This document shows positions 55,468 through 64,000 of a stretch of DNA of 64,000 nt, in pieces (position 1 is the first letter of the stretch; every line of letters begins with the position of its first letter). Made by a program: the position numbers and the translations under genes. Below the pieces are notes generated by a model. The model was given only the letters and a program-made list of their open reading frames with translations, ran no database searches and was not told the origin of the DNA. The stretch is from Candidatus Iainarchaeum sp. (GTDB lineage Archaea > Iainarchaeota > Iainarchaeia > Iainarchaeales > JAZDFD01), in contig JAZDFD010000014.1 in NCBI GenBank assembly GCA_043808155.1, positions 1-64,000 of the forward strand, written 5' to 3'.

Positions 55468-57423
55468 TTACATGAACAATACGGCAAATATTACTGCGAC
55501 AATTGACATTAATTTGAGCAATATGTTGATTGACGGACCTGCAGTATCTTTCATGGGGTCACCTACTGTGTCACCAACAACTGCGGCTTTATGTGCCGGA
55601 CTTCCCTTTCCGCCAAATGCACCTTTTTCAATATACTTCTTTGCATTGTCCCATGCTCCGCCTGAGTTTGCCATCATTATTGCAAGTACAACACCTGAAA
55701 CAAGTGCACCTGCTAATAAACCGCCAACTGCTGCCGGACCCAGAAGCAAACCAAATGCAATCGGGACTAAAATAGCCATCAATCCCGGAACAATCATTTG
55801 TTTTATTGCTGCGTTTGTTGCAATTTCGATACATTTTTTATAATCTGCTTTTGCTTTGCCTTCCATCAAACCCTTAATTTCTTTAAACTGGCGTCTTACT
55901 TCTGTAATCATTTCTTCAGCTGTTTTCCCAACTGCGTCCATTGCAAAGCTTGCAAATAAGAATGGTAACATTGCACCAACAAGCAAACCAATCATTACTG
56001 TTGAATCCATAATATTAATTACCTGGAGATTTGTTGTCACTGCATATGTGCTAAATAATGCTAATGCTGTTAACGCAGCGGAACCAATTGCAAATCCTTT
56101 TCCCATTGCAGCAGTAGTGTTTCCTGCAGCATCTAATGCATCTGTTCTGTCTCGTACTGCTTTTCCCAATTTTGCCATTTCTGCAATCCCGCCTGCGTTG
56201 TCTGCAACCGGACCATAAGCATCAACTGCTAATGTAATTCCTAATGTTGAAAGCATTCCAACTCCTGCAAGTGCGATTCCATAAACACCTGCAAAGTGAT
56301 ATGCCCCAAACATAGCGACTGCAATAAACAATACTGGCAAAGTAGTGCTTTTCATTCCCAAACTCAAACCTTCAATTATATTAATTGCTGCACCTGATTG
56401 TGCACTTGCAGAAACTTTTCTTGTGGGACCAAAATGATCTGAGGTATAATACTCTGTTAAGAATCCGATTCCTAAACCTGCTGCAAGCCCGAGTATAATT
56501 GGCCAAAAAACATTTAATTCAAGGAAAAAAACTTTTGTGATTACTAAATATGCACCTATAATCACTAAAAGTGCAGAAATAATTGTTCCGTTTCTTAAGG
56601 AACCAGATACATTACCTGATGCAGTCATAAAAGTATAAATAATACCCAGTAATGATGCCACGATTCCAATTGCTGCAATTGCCAAAGGCAACATTAAACC
56701 ATTTACACCCAAAACCAAAACTCCAAGTGCCATTGCTGCAATTAATGAACCCACATAACTCTCAAATAAATCTGCACCCATTCCTGCAACATCACCGACA
56801 TTATCGCCAACATTATCTGCAATAACTGCGGGGTTTCTCGGGTCGTCTTCAGGAATTCCAGCTTCTACTTTCCCAACTAAATCCGCACCAACATCTGCTG
56901 CTTTTGTGTAAATTCCACCGCCAACTCTTGCAAATAATGCAACACTGCTTGCACCAAAACCAAATCCGAAAATTATTGCAGGATCCCCGACAAACATATA
57001 CAAAATACTTATTCCTAAAAGTCCGATACTAACTGCAAACATACTTAGTACTGCACCTGATGAAAATGCAATTTTAAGTGCATTAGGCAAACTATTTTTT
57101 GCCGCAGCTGCTGTTCTTACATTTGCCAGAGTTGCAGTATTCATTCCAATGAAACCTGCTAATGCTGAGCAAAAAGCCCCAAAAACAAATGAAATCGCAG
57201 TTAAAGTTCCGATAAACATTGCCAGAACTAAAGTGACAATAATGACAAAAATCAGCAAAACTGAATATTGGCGTTTAAGATATGCGAAAGCACCCTCTCG
57301 TATGTGTGATGAAATTTCCTGCATTTCAGGGGTTCCTGCATTTTCTGATTTAACCTTAAACATCAGGACTGCAGCTATAATCAAACCTAAAATCCCTGCC
57401 CCAAATACGTATAAAAGCACCAT
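55468..57423 (-). CDS. hppA: membrane pyrophosphatase, K+-dependent and probably Na+-translocating
   Basis: GGGIYTKAADVGADLVGKVE, EDDPRN, DNVGDNVGD; GNTTAA (Ala marks K+-dependence); DLFESY. Confidence 0.95.
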   Translation of the reverse strand: MVLLYVFGAGILGLIIAAVLMFKVKSENAGTPEMQEISSHIREGAFAYLKRQYSVLLIFVIIVTLVLAMFIGTLTAISFVFGAFCSALAGFIGMNTATLANVRTAAAAKNSLPNALKIAFSSGAVLSMFAVSIGLLGISILYMFVGDPAIIFGFGFGASSVALFARVGGGIYTKAADVGADLVGKVEAGIPEDDPRNPAVIADNVGDNVGDVAGMGADLFESYVGSLIAAMALGVLVLGVNGLMLPLAIAAIGIVASLLGIIYTFMTASGNVSGSLRNGTIISALLVIIGAYLVITKVFFLELNVFWPIILGLAAGLGIGFLTEYYTSDHFGPTRKVSASAQSGAAINIIEGLSLGMKSTTLPVLFIAVAMFGAYHFAGVYGIALAGVGMLSTLGITLAVDAYGPVADNAGGIAEMAKLGKAVRDRTDALDAAGNTTAAMGKGFAIGSAALTALALFSTYAVTTNLQVINIMDSTVMIGLLVGAMLPFLFASFAMDAVGKTAEEMITEVRRQFKEIKGLMEGKAKADYKKCIEIATNAAIKQMIVPGLMAILVPIAFGLLLGPAAVGGLLAGALVSGVVLAIMMANSGGAWDNAKKYIEKGAFGGKGSPAHKAAVVGDTVGDPMKDTAGPSINILLKLMSIVAVIFAVLFM

Positions 57424-57534
57424 TCTATCACTCCTTTCCCCTAAATTTCTATGTCTACACATAAGGATTCTAACTATTTAAATATTTTCCCTCTGCGGAT
57501 GCTTTATATATTTGATTCCTTTACTTATTATTCT

Positions 57535-58914
57535 ATGAATACTTCTTTGAAGATGAGAATTCTAGATTCAAATCTCAAATATTTCGGGGTTAATATTTCG
57601 GAAATAATGGAAAACGCAGGTAAAGGCATTGCAAAGGAAATTGAAACTGAGTTTGGAAAGAAGAAAAAAATTGCGGTTTTCAGTGGGTTAGGAAACAATG
57701 GCGGAGATGGTTTTGTAGCTGCCAGATATTTGGCGTCTGGGAATAATGTTTCAGTTTATCTTATCGGAAGTAGAGCTAACATAAAAACACTTGAATCTAA
57801 AATGAATTTTGCATTACTTTCAAAAGTCGATGATTTGAAATTTTATGAAATAAAAACAAAGGATGATATTTCAAAAATTAATACTGACAAATTTGATATT
57901 GTTGTAGATGCTCTTTTTGGAATTGGTGTGTCAGGAAAACTTGCAGAACCCTATGCAAGTGTTGTTGATTTACTGAATAAATCAAAAGCAAAAAGAGTTG
58001 CAGTTGATATACCGACACCGGGTTTTGAATCAGATTTCACAATTTCACTGCATATTGCAAAAGCAAAAGCCTCAAAAGTAATTGACATTGGTATTCCAAA
58101 AGATTTCACATATCAGGCAGGTCCCGGGCATGTGAAGTTTCTGAAAAGAAGAGAAGAGAAATCTCACAAAGGAGAAAATGGAATTGTTCTGATAATTGCA
58201 GGTTCAAAACAATATCATGGTGCAGCAATCTTTGCAGGTTTAGTTGCATCAAAGCTTGTAGATTTAGTTTATTTTGCAACACCGAAAGAAAACATTCCCT
58301 ATATTAAAAAAGCATCTCCTGAATTCATTGTTAATGATATTAAAGATGCTAAAAAAATGATTGGTGAAGTGAATTCCATTTTAATTGGCCCGGGCTTAGA
58401 AAAATCAGATGTAATAAAAAAACTTGTAGATTCATTCATTAAAGAATCATCTCCTGAAAACAAAAATAAAAAATTAGTTTTAGATGCAACTGCACTTCGT
58501 GTTCTTGATAAAAAACTTCTTCATGAAAACTGCGTTCTTACTCCGCATGCAGATGAATTCAGCTCCCTTTTCAAAGAACCTCCGACAATGGCAAGCACTA
58601 AAAAAATGGCTTCCAAATATAATTGCATAATTATTCTCAAAGGTGCAGTTGATTTCATTTCTGATGGAAAAGAAATTTACAAAAATTTTTCCGGAAATCC
58701 AGGCATGACAACAGGCGGAACAGGTGACATTCTTGCAGGCTTAGTTGTTGCATTTGCATCAAGAAATAGCAACATGCATTCTGCTATTGCTGGCGCTTTT
58801 CTTAATGGATACACAGCAGATATCCTGAAAAAAGAAAAAGGCATGATGTACAACGCAGAGGACATTCTAAAAAAACTCCCGGAAGCAAAATTAATCTGCG
58901 ATCAGAATTTTTAA
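57535..58914 (+). CDS. nnr: bifunctional NAD(P)HX epimerase/dehydratase
   Basis: MENAG, GNNGGDG, DALFGIG, SHKGENG, LTPHADEF and GGTGDILAG. Confidence 0.93.
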   Translation: MNTSLKMRILDSNLKYFGVNISEIMENAGKGIAKEIETEFGKKKKIAVFSGLGNNGGDGFVAARYLASGNNVSVYLIGSRANIKTLESKMNFALLSKVDDLKFYEIKTKDDISKINTDKFDIVVDALFGIGVSGKLAEPYASVVDLLNKSKAKRVAVDIPTPGFESDFTISLHIAKAKASKVIDIGIPKDFTYQAGPGHVKFLKRREEKSHKGENGIVLIIAGSKQYHGAAIFAGLVASKLVDLVYFATPKENIPYIKKASPEFIVNDIKDAKKMIGEVNSILIGPGLEKSDVIKKLVDSFIKESSPENKNKKLVLDATALRVLDKKLLHENCVLTPHADEFSSLFKEPPTMASTKKMASKYNCIIILKGAVDFISDGKEIYKNFSGNPGMTTGGTGDILAGLVVAFASRNSNMHSAIAGAFLNGYTADILKKEKGMMYNAEDILKKLPEAKLICDQNF

Positions 58915-58944
58915 TCAAAATTAATCTGCGATCAGACTTTTAAT
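58886..58944. repeat. tandem duplication (about 30 bp) of the nnr 3' end
   Basis: caaaattaatctgcgatcagaatttttaat followed by caaaattaatctgcgatcagacttttaat. Confidence 0.9.
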
Positions 58945-59046
58945 CTCCGTCTTTGATATCTAATTGGATATCTGACAATAATCTGTTTCCTGCTCACCGA
59001 TAATTATTTAACACATCTCTAATTAATTCATTCAGGGGGTTACATT

Positions 59047-59850
59047 ATGGAAATATACTCGCTTTTGGAAAAAGTAAGAACTGAGAAACCAGTTGTGCAT
59101 CATCTCACTAACTGGGTCACAATTTATGATTGCGCAAATATTGTGAAAGTATTTGGTGCTTCTCCTGTGATGGCGCATGCAAAAGAAGAATCTGCAGATA
59201 TGGCGAAAATTGCCTCAGCATTAGTGCTCAATATTGGAACGCTCACACCTGAATTTGTTGAATCAATGAAAATTGCAGCAAAATCTGCTAATGAGAAAGG
59301 AATCTCTGTAATTTTAGATGTTTGTGGCGCAGGTGCAACAAAGCTGAGGGATGATACCTGTTTTGATTTGCTTAATGAAGTGAAAATTGACATTATAAAA
59401 GGAAACTCTTCAGAAGTTGCGAGAATTGCTGGTGAAGATGTGCAAACAAAAGGCGTAGATGCAACTGAGGTGAAAAAAGACCTTATCGCAATTGCAAAAC
59501 ATCTTGCATCTCAAAGAGAGTGCACGGTTGTAATCACTGGAAAAGAAGACATTATTTGCAATTCAAAAAAATGCTACATTGTGAAAAATGGAACTGAAAT
59601 AATGTCGCATATTGTTGGAACAGGTTGCATGACAACATCTGTTATTGGAACATTTGCGGCAGTTGAATCTGATTTAGCAAAAGCATCAGTAGCGGGATTA
59701 GTATGTTTTGAAATTGCAGCAGAACTTGCAGAAAAAGAAAGCAAAGGTGCGGGGACTTTTAAAGCGAATTTATTTGATGCTGTTTACAATCTTAAAAAAG
59801 AAGAAATTGAAAAAATGCAAAAAGTAGAAGAACAAAAGTTTGTTGAATGA
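59047..59850 (+). CDS. thiM: hydroxyethylthiazole kinase
   Basis: HHLTNWV, GASPVMA, LNIGTL, IKGNSSE and VGTGC. Confidence 0.95.
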   Translation: MEIYSLLEKVRTEKPVVHHLTNWVTIYDCANIVKVFGASPVMAHAKEESADMAKIASALVLNIGTLTPEFVESMKIAAKSANEKGISVILDVCGAGATKLRDDTCFDLLNEVKIDIIKGNSSEVARIAGEDVQTKGVDATEVKKDLIAIAKHLASQRECTVVITGKEDIICNSKKCYIVKNGTEIMSHIVGTGCMTTSVIGTFAAVESDLAKASVAGLVCFEIAAELAEKESKGAGTFKANLFDAVYNLKKEEIEKMQKVEEQKFVE

Positions 59851-59885
59851 AGATTATTGAATGAAGGTTATTGTATGAAGGGTTA
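59843..59885. repeat. three 14-bp tandem copies at the thiM/thiE junction
   Basis: ttgaatgaagatta, ttgaatgaaggtta, ttgtatgaagggtta. Confidence 0.85.
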
Positions 59886-60480
59886 TTATTTCATAACAGA
59901 CGCGTCACTGAGCAAAGCGGGAAACATTTCGGATGTGCAGAATGCAATAGCTGCACGCGTATCTGTTATCCAATACAGAAACAAAAACGCGTCAATAAAA
60001 CAAATGTGTTTTGAGGCATCCCAACTCAAAGATTTGTGTTCAGAAAAAACAAAACTGATTATTAATGACAGAGCAGATGTAGCACTCGCAGTAGATGCAG
60101 ATGGCGTACACTTAGGACAAGACGATCTTGATTATAAAAATGCAAGAACTCTTCTTGGCACTGATAAAATAATCGGTGTAACGGTCCATACTTTAGAAGA
60201 AGCAATTTCTGCTGAGAAGAAAGGTGCAGATTATCTCGGGATTAGCCCAATTTTTGAAACCTCTACAAAAAAAGACGCTGGAAATGCAGTAGGTCTAGAC
60301 CTAATAAAAGAAATTAAAAGTGAATGCACACTCCCTATTATTGCAATCGGAGGAATCACTTTAGAAAATGCAAAATCAGTTGTTGATGCAGGTGCAGATG
60401 GTTTGTGTGCGATTTCATCTGTTGTTACAAAAGAAAACGTGAAAATAGAAATTTTAAAATTTCAGGAGCTATTTAAATGA
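59875..60480 (+). CDS. thiE: thiamine-phosphate synthase
   Basis: QYRNK, INDRAD, GVHLGQDD, TSTK and AIGGI. Confidence 0.95.
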   Translation: MKGYYFITDASLSKAGNISDVQNAIAARVSVIQYRNKNASIKQMCFEASQLKDLCSEKTKLIINDRADVALAVDADGVHLGQDDLDYKNARTLLGTDKIIGVTVHTLEEAISAEKKGADYLGISPIFETSTKKDAGNAVGLDLIKEIKSECTLPIIAIGGITLENAKSVVDAGADGLCAISSVVTKENVKIEILKFQELFK

Positions 60481-61742
60481 CACAATTGGAAAGCGCAAAA
60501 CGAAATGAAATTACTGAAGAAATGAAACAAGTTGCGAAGGATGAGCATATTGATGTGGAAACTTTACGCAAAGATGTCGCCGCGGGCCACACTATTATTG
60601 TAAAAAGCAAATTGCACAACTGCAAACCTCTTGGAATTGGAAAAAATCTTACTACAAAAATAAATTCAAATTTAGGCACTTCAAATCACAATTCAGATGT
60701 TGAAAAAGAAATTGAAAAACTAAGAGTTTCAATACAATATGGTGCACATACTGTAATGGATTTAAGCACTGGCGGAAACATAAAAGAAATCCGTCAAAGA
60801 ATTCTTTCGGAGTCATCAGTCCCCATCGGAACTGTTCCTATTTATGAAGCAATTGCAAAAGAATCAAATGTTGCAAATCTCACTGGTGATGATTTTATTA
60901 ATGCAGTAAAATCAAACATTGATGATGGTGTTGATTTTATTACAGTTCATTGCGGAGTGAGAAAAGAATACATTCCTTTGCTTAAGCCACGTATTATGGG
61001 TGTGGTTTCCCGCGGAGGAAGTTTCCTAGTGAAATGGATGATGCATCACAAGCAAGAAAATCCAATGTATGAAAGATTTGATGAAATTGTTGATTTAGCT
61101 TATGAACATGATGTTGCTTTGAGCTTGGGTGATGGTTTGCGTCCCGGAGCTTTAGCAGATGCAACTGATTCAGCTCAAATTGCAGAACTAAAAACACTCG
61201 GAAAACTAGCAAAACGCGCTTATGAGAAAAATGTGCAGGTTATGATTGAAGGTCCAGGGCATGTGCCTCTGAATCAGATTAAAGAAAATGTTGAACTCCA
61301 GCAAAAGTACTGTAACAATGCCCCATTCTATGTTCTTGGCCCGCTTGTTACTGACATTTCCCCTGGTTATGACCATTTAACAGGTGCAATTGGAGGCGCT
61401 TTAGCAGCATATTACGGAACTGCATTTCTCTGCTATCTCACTCCAATGGAGCATTTGGGGCTTCCCGACACTCAGCACGTAATTGATGGTGTTGTGGCTT
61501 CAAGAATTGCAGCCCATGCAGCAGATATTGCAAGAGGGATTCCCAAATCGCGTGATATTGATGATGAAATGTCCCGTGCACGCAGTAACTTAGACTGGGA
61601 AAAAATGTTTTCACTTTCAATGAATCCTGAAAAAGCGCGTGAGATGCATCAGGGAAGAAATAAAAACAAAACAAACGTCTGTTCAATGTGCGGAGACTTG
61701 TGTTCTGTAAAAATAAACAAAGAATGCAGAGATGATTACTAA
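60477..61742 (+). CDS. thiC: phosphomethylpyrimidine synthase
   Basis: KINSNLGTS, MDLSTGG, SRGGS, LGDGLRPG, EGPGH and CSMCGDLC. Confidence 0.95.
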   Translation: MTQLESAKRNEITEEMKQVAKDEHIDVETLRKDVAAGHTIIVKSKLHNCKPLGIGKNLTTKINSNLGTSNHNSDVEKEIEKLRVSIQYGAHTVMDLSTGGNIKEIRQRILSESSVPIGTVPIYEAIAKESNVANLTGDDFINAVKSNIDDGVDFITVHCGVRKEYIPLLKPRIMGVVSRGGSFLVKWMMHHKQENPMYERFDEIVDLAYEHDVALSLGDGLRPGALADATDSAQIAELKTLGKLAKRAYEKNVQVMIEGPGHVPLNQIKENVELQQKYCNNAPFYVLGPLVTDISPGYDHLTGAIGGALAAYYGTAFLCYLTPMEHLGLPDTQHVIDGVVASRIAAHAADIARGIPKSRDIDDEMSRARSNLDWEKMFSLSMNPEKAREMHQGRNKNKTNVCSMCGDLCSVKINKECRDDY

Positions 61743-61799
61743 TGAACATAAAAGATTTAGGGTGCAGAGAGGATTAATAATGAACATAAAAGATTTAGG
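61725..61799. repeat. tandem duplication (38-bp period) of the thiC/thiL junction
   Basis: tgcagagatgattactaatgaacataaaagatttagg and tgcagagaggattaataatgaacataaaagatttagg. Confidence 0.9.
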
Positions 61800-62739
61800 C
61801 GGGGAATTTGAATTAATAAAACGCCTTGCAGGAAAAGAACTGACTGATTCTTCAGTAATAAAAGGAATTGGTGATGATTGTGCAGTTCTTGAATTTTCTG
61901 AGTATTATCACCTGCTTGTTACAACTGATATGCTGGTTGAAAATGATCACTTTGCTTTGAAATGGCAAACTCCTTATCAGATAGGAATGAAACTAATGGA
62001 ATGCAATGTTTCTGATATTGCTGCAATGGGAGGCATTCCAAATTATGCATTTGTTTCTCTTTCTCTGAAAAAAGAAACCTCAGTTGAATTTTTAGATGAA
62101 CTTTACAAAGGACTGTATGAATCTGCAGAAAAACACAATGTAAAAATAATCGGCGGAGACACTACACACGGAACGGAATATGTTTTCAATCTCTGTTTGC
62201 TTGGAAGTGTAAAAAAAGAACTTCTTAGATTGCGTTCTTCTGCGAAAATTAAAGATTTAATATGTGTAACAGGAAATTTAGGAGGAAGCAAAGCAGGGTT
62301 GGAATTATTACGTCAAAACAAAACTGGTTTTCTTGATGATTATTTAGAACCAAAATGCAGAACCTCTGAAGAAGCGAGAACAATTGCAAAGTATTGCAAT
62401 GCGATGATTGATGTAAGTGACGGCTTGGGAAGTGAAGTAAATCACATTTGTGCTGAAAGCAAATGCGGAGCTGAAATTTATTATGAAAAAGTTCCTGTTT
62501 CAGAAACCACAACTGAAAGCGCAAGAACTCTCAATGCAGATGCAGTTGAATTCGCTTTGTACGGAGGAGAAGATTTTGAATTAGTTTTCACAATTCCCGA
62601 AGAAAAAGTGAATTTACTCAGAAGAGAATTTTCTGATTTTACTATTGTGGGAAAAATCCTTTACAAAGAAGAAGGCGTTCAATTAATAAAAGACAAGAAA
62701 AAATCACTTCTGAAAAAAGGCTTTGATCATTTTGATTAA
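61780..62739 (+). CDS. thiL: thiamine-monophosphate kinase
   Basis: GEFELI, GIGDDCA, NVSDIAAMGG, IGGDT, IDVSDGL and GGEDFEL. Confidence 0.95.
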   Translation: MNIKDLGGEFELIKRLAGKELTDSSVIKGIGDDCAVLEFSEYYHLLVTTDMLVENDHFALKWQTPYQIGMKLMECNVSDIAAMGGIPNYAFVSLSLKKETSVEFLDELYKGLYESAEKHNVKIIGGDTTHGTEYVFNLCLLGSVKKELLRLRSSAKIKDLICVTGNLGGSKAGLELLRQNKTGFLDDYLEPKCRTSEEARTIAKYCNAMIDVSDGLGSEVNHICAESKCGAEIYYEKVPVSETTTESARTLNADAVEFALYGGEDFELVFTIPEEKVNLLRREFSDFTIVGKILYKEEGVQLIKDKKKSLLKKGFDHFD

Positions 62740-62771
62740 GCAAAAAGGTTTTTTTATATGGCAATCTTTCT

Positions 62772-63674
62772 TTATATAAAAACATCAACTATCTTTTTGT
62801 AAACTGCAAAATACGGGTCAAGCACTATTTGATACGCAATCATTACTGAAACAACTTCAAATGGAAAATATGTTGTTGCAATAATAAGGCCCAAAATAGC
62901 ATTTGCGTGGAATCCGCTTAAACCAATTGCGATTTTGTTTTCTTTTGACTCTTTTCTCGCAAGAGTAAGTGCAATTGCAGTCATTACCAGCATTATTGCA
63001 AAAACGTAAATCACAGGAATAATAAAATCTGACAAATCTCCAATGTTGTTTGCATTTTGCCCAATAACTACGATAATTATCGCCCAAATAAGAACAATAT
63101 TCGTTCCAGAAAGTGTATGCTTTATTTTCTCAACTTTTTCAGGAAATCTTCTGGAAATTAAATACGCAACTATCACAGGCAACACAACCATCAAAATCAA
63201 TGATGAAAACAAACCAAAGTAATCAAATGCAACTGTTTGTGAAACTGCAATAAAAACCAAAACAGGAATCAGTAATGGCGAAAGCATATGTGTAATAATT
63301 GTAAATAAAAGCGCTAATGCATTATTTCCTTTGAAAATATCTGAAAGTATTATATTTGAAATTCCGCTCGGGGTTGCAACAATCAAAAGACCCCCAAGTG
63401 CAAATTCTGGAACAATAAACAAACTTGCGAAAAAAACCAAAAGCGGTGCAATAAGCTTCAAAACAATGAATTTTTTCCCAATGTATTTCAAATCTTTAAG
63501 ATGCTCAAAAAATATATTAAAATCAACTTTCAGACTTGAAAGGAAAATCGCCACTGCCAGCATAAATGAAGACGCAAATGCAAAATTCCCGAACTGAGGA
63601 AACAAATAACCAATAATCAAGCCTGACAGTAGAATTGGAATGAAATTGTTTTCTATTAATTTAAAAAAACTCAT
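62772..63674 (-). CDS. bile acid:sodium symporter (BASS) family transporter
   Basis: About 9-10 TM segments; ATPSG.S...S..FKGNNALAL motif. Confidence 0.8.
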   Translation of the reverse strand: MSFFKLIENNFIPILLSGLIIGYLFPQFGNFAFASSFMLAVAIFLSSLKVDFNIFFEHLKDLKYIGKKFIVLKLIAPLLVFFASLFIVPEFALGGLLIVATPSGISNIILSDIFKGNNALALLFTIITHMLSPLLIPVLVFIAVSQTVAFDYFGLFSSLILMVVLPVIVAYLISRRFPEKVEKIKHTLSGTNIVLIWAIIIVVIGQNANNIGDLSDFIIPVIYVFAIMLVMTAIALTLARKESKENKIAIGLSGFHANAILGLIIATTYFPFEVVSVMIAYQIVLDPYFAVYKKIVDVFI

Positions 63675-63740
63675 TTTCTCACATTTATTGAATTATCAGT
63701 AGGTTTTATTAATTATTTCAATGATAAATAAAATGATTTT

Positions 63741-64000
63741 ATGGACAAAAGACTGATTATTCGTTTGCTTTTATTGCCTGTGTTCCTTTACATATTTTAT
63801 ACGCTGGGCTTTTCATTGGAGGCAATTGCAATCCTTGGGAGTTTCTTTGTGGTTATCATTTTATTACGCGGAAAAATCTGGGAAACTGCAGAACGTACAA
63901 TTGAGAAATATCTTCCTTTTACTAAAAGCTGGCCTGAGTGGGCTCAGAAAGTTCTGCTTGTGATTTTCTTTGTCTTGATTTATTACAGTTTCAAACAGAT
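63741..64000 (+). CDS. membrane protein, 3' end runs off the window
   Basis: Manual open frame MDKRLIIRLLLLPVFLYIFYTLGFSLEAIAILGSFFVV... continuing to the window end. Confidence 0.6.
   Translation, partial: MDKRLIIRLLLLPVFLYIFYTLGFSLEAIAILGSFFVVIILLRGKIWETAERTIEKYLPFTKSWPEWAQKVLLVIFFVLIYYSFKQ

Noticed and set aside
54335-57423. Intein in hppA or a neighbouring gene
   Set aside because: The LAGLIDADG ORF is separate from hppA and lacks N-terminal Cys/Ser and C-terminal His-Asn splice motifs
58915-59046. TPP riboswitch upstream of thiM
   Set aside because: No CTGAGA or ACCTGA...AGCG core; the region is explained by the nnr-end duplication and a TATA-like promoter

Overview
AT-rich archaeal chromosomal window, most consistent with a DPANN lineage such as Iainarchaeota/Diapherotrites (inference from archaeal ftsZ-secE-spt5-rpl11-rpl1-rplP0-rpl12 and rpl44e, AMP phosphorylase, ribose-1,5-bisphosphate isomerase and compact gene spacing). 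It carries a pyrBCDKEF operon, a ribosomal/cell-division cluster, an unusual SMC ATPase, tRNA-Gly(CCC) with a small cassette-like island, a sulfate-activation/alkaline-phosphatase-superfamily locus joined to a surface-glycosylation locus, glmS-glmM-(half)glmU, a HerA-like ATPase, tRNA-Ala(CGC), a free LAGLIDADG protein, a membrane pyrophosphatase, nnr and thiM-thiE-thiC-thiL. Most notable: (1) an SMC with condensin-type heads but a central Rad50-like CPTC zinc-hook motif and no visible hinge; (2) a C-terminal LxxLGY tail missing from two AlkP-family enzymes but present on an adjacent ribbon-helix-helix protein and an unannotated 52-aa peptide; (3) two tRNA 3'-half copies sitting right at cargo-gene stop codons; (4) a surface-protein gene bracketed by a 26-bp direct repeat that is both its RBS/start and its stop; (5) a dispersed palindromic repeat family; (6) gene-junction duplications that create mini-ORF relays. 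All calls come from reading the sequence and motifs by eye; no database searches were run.
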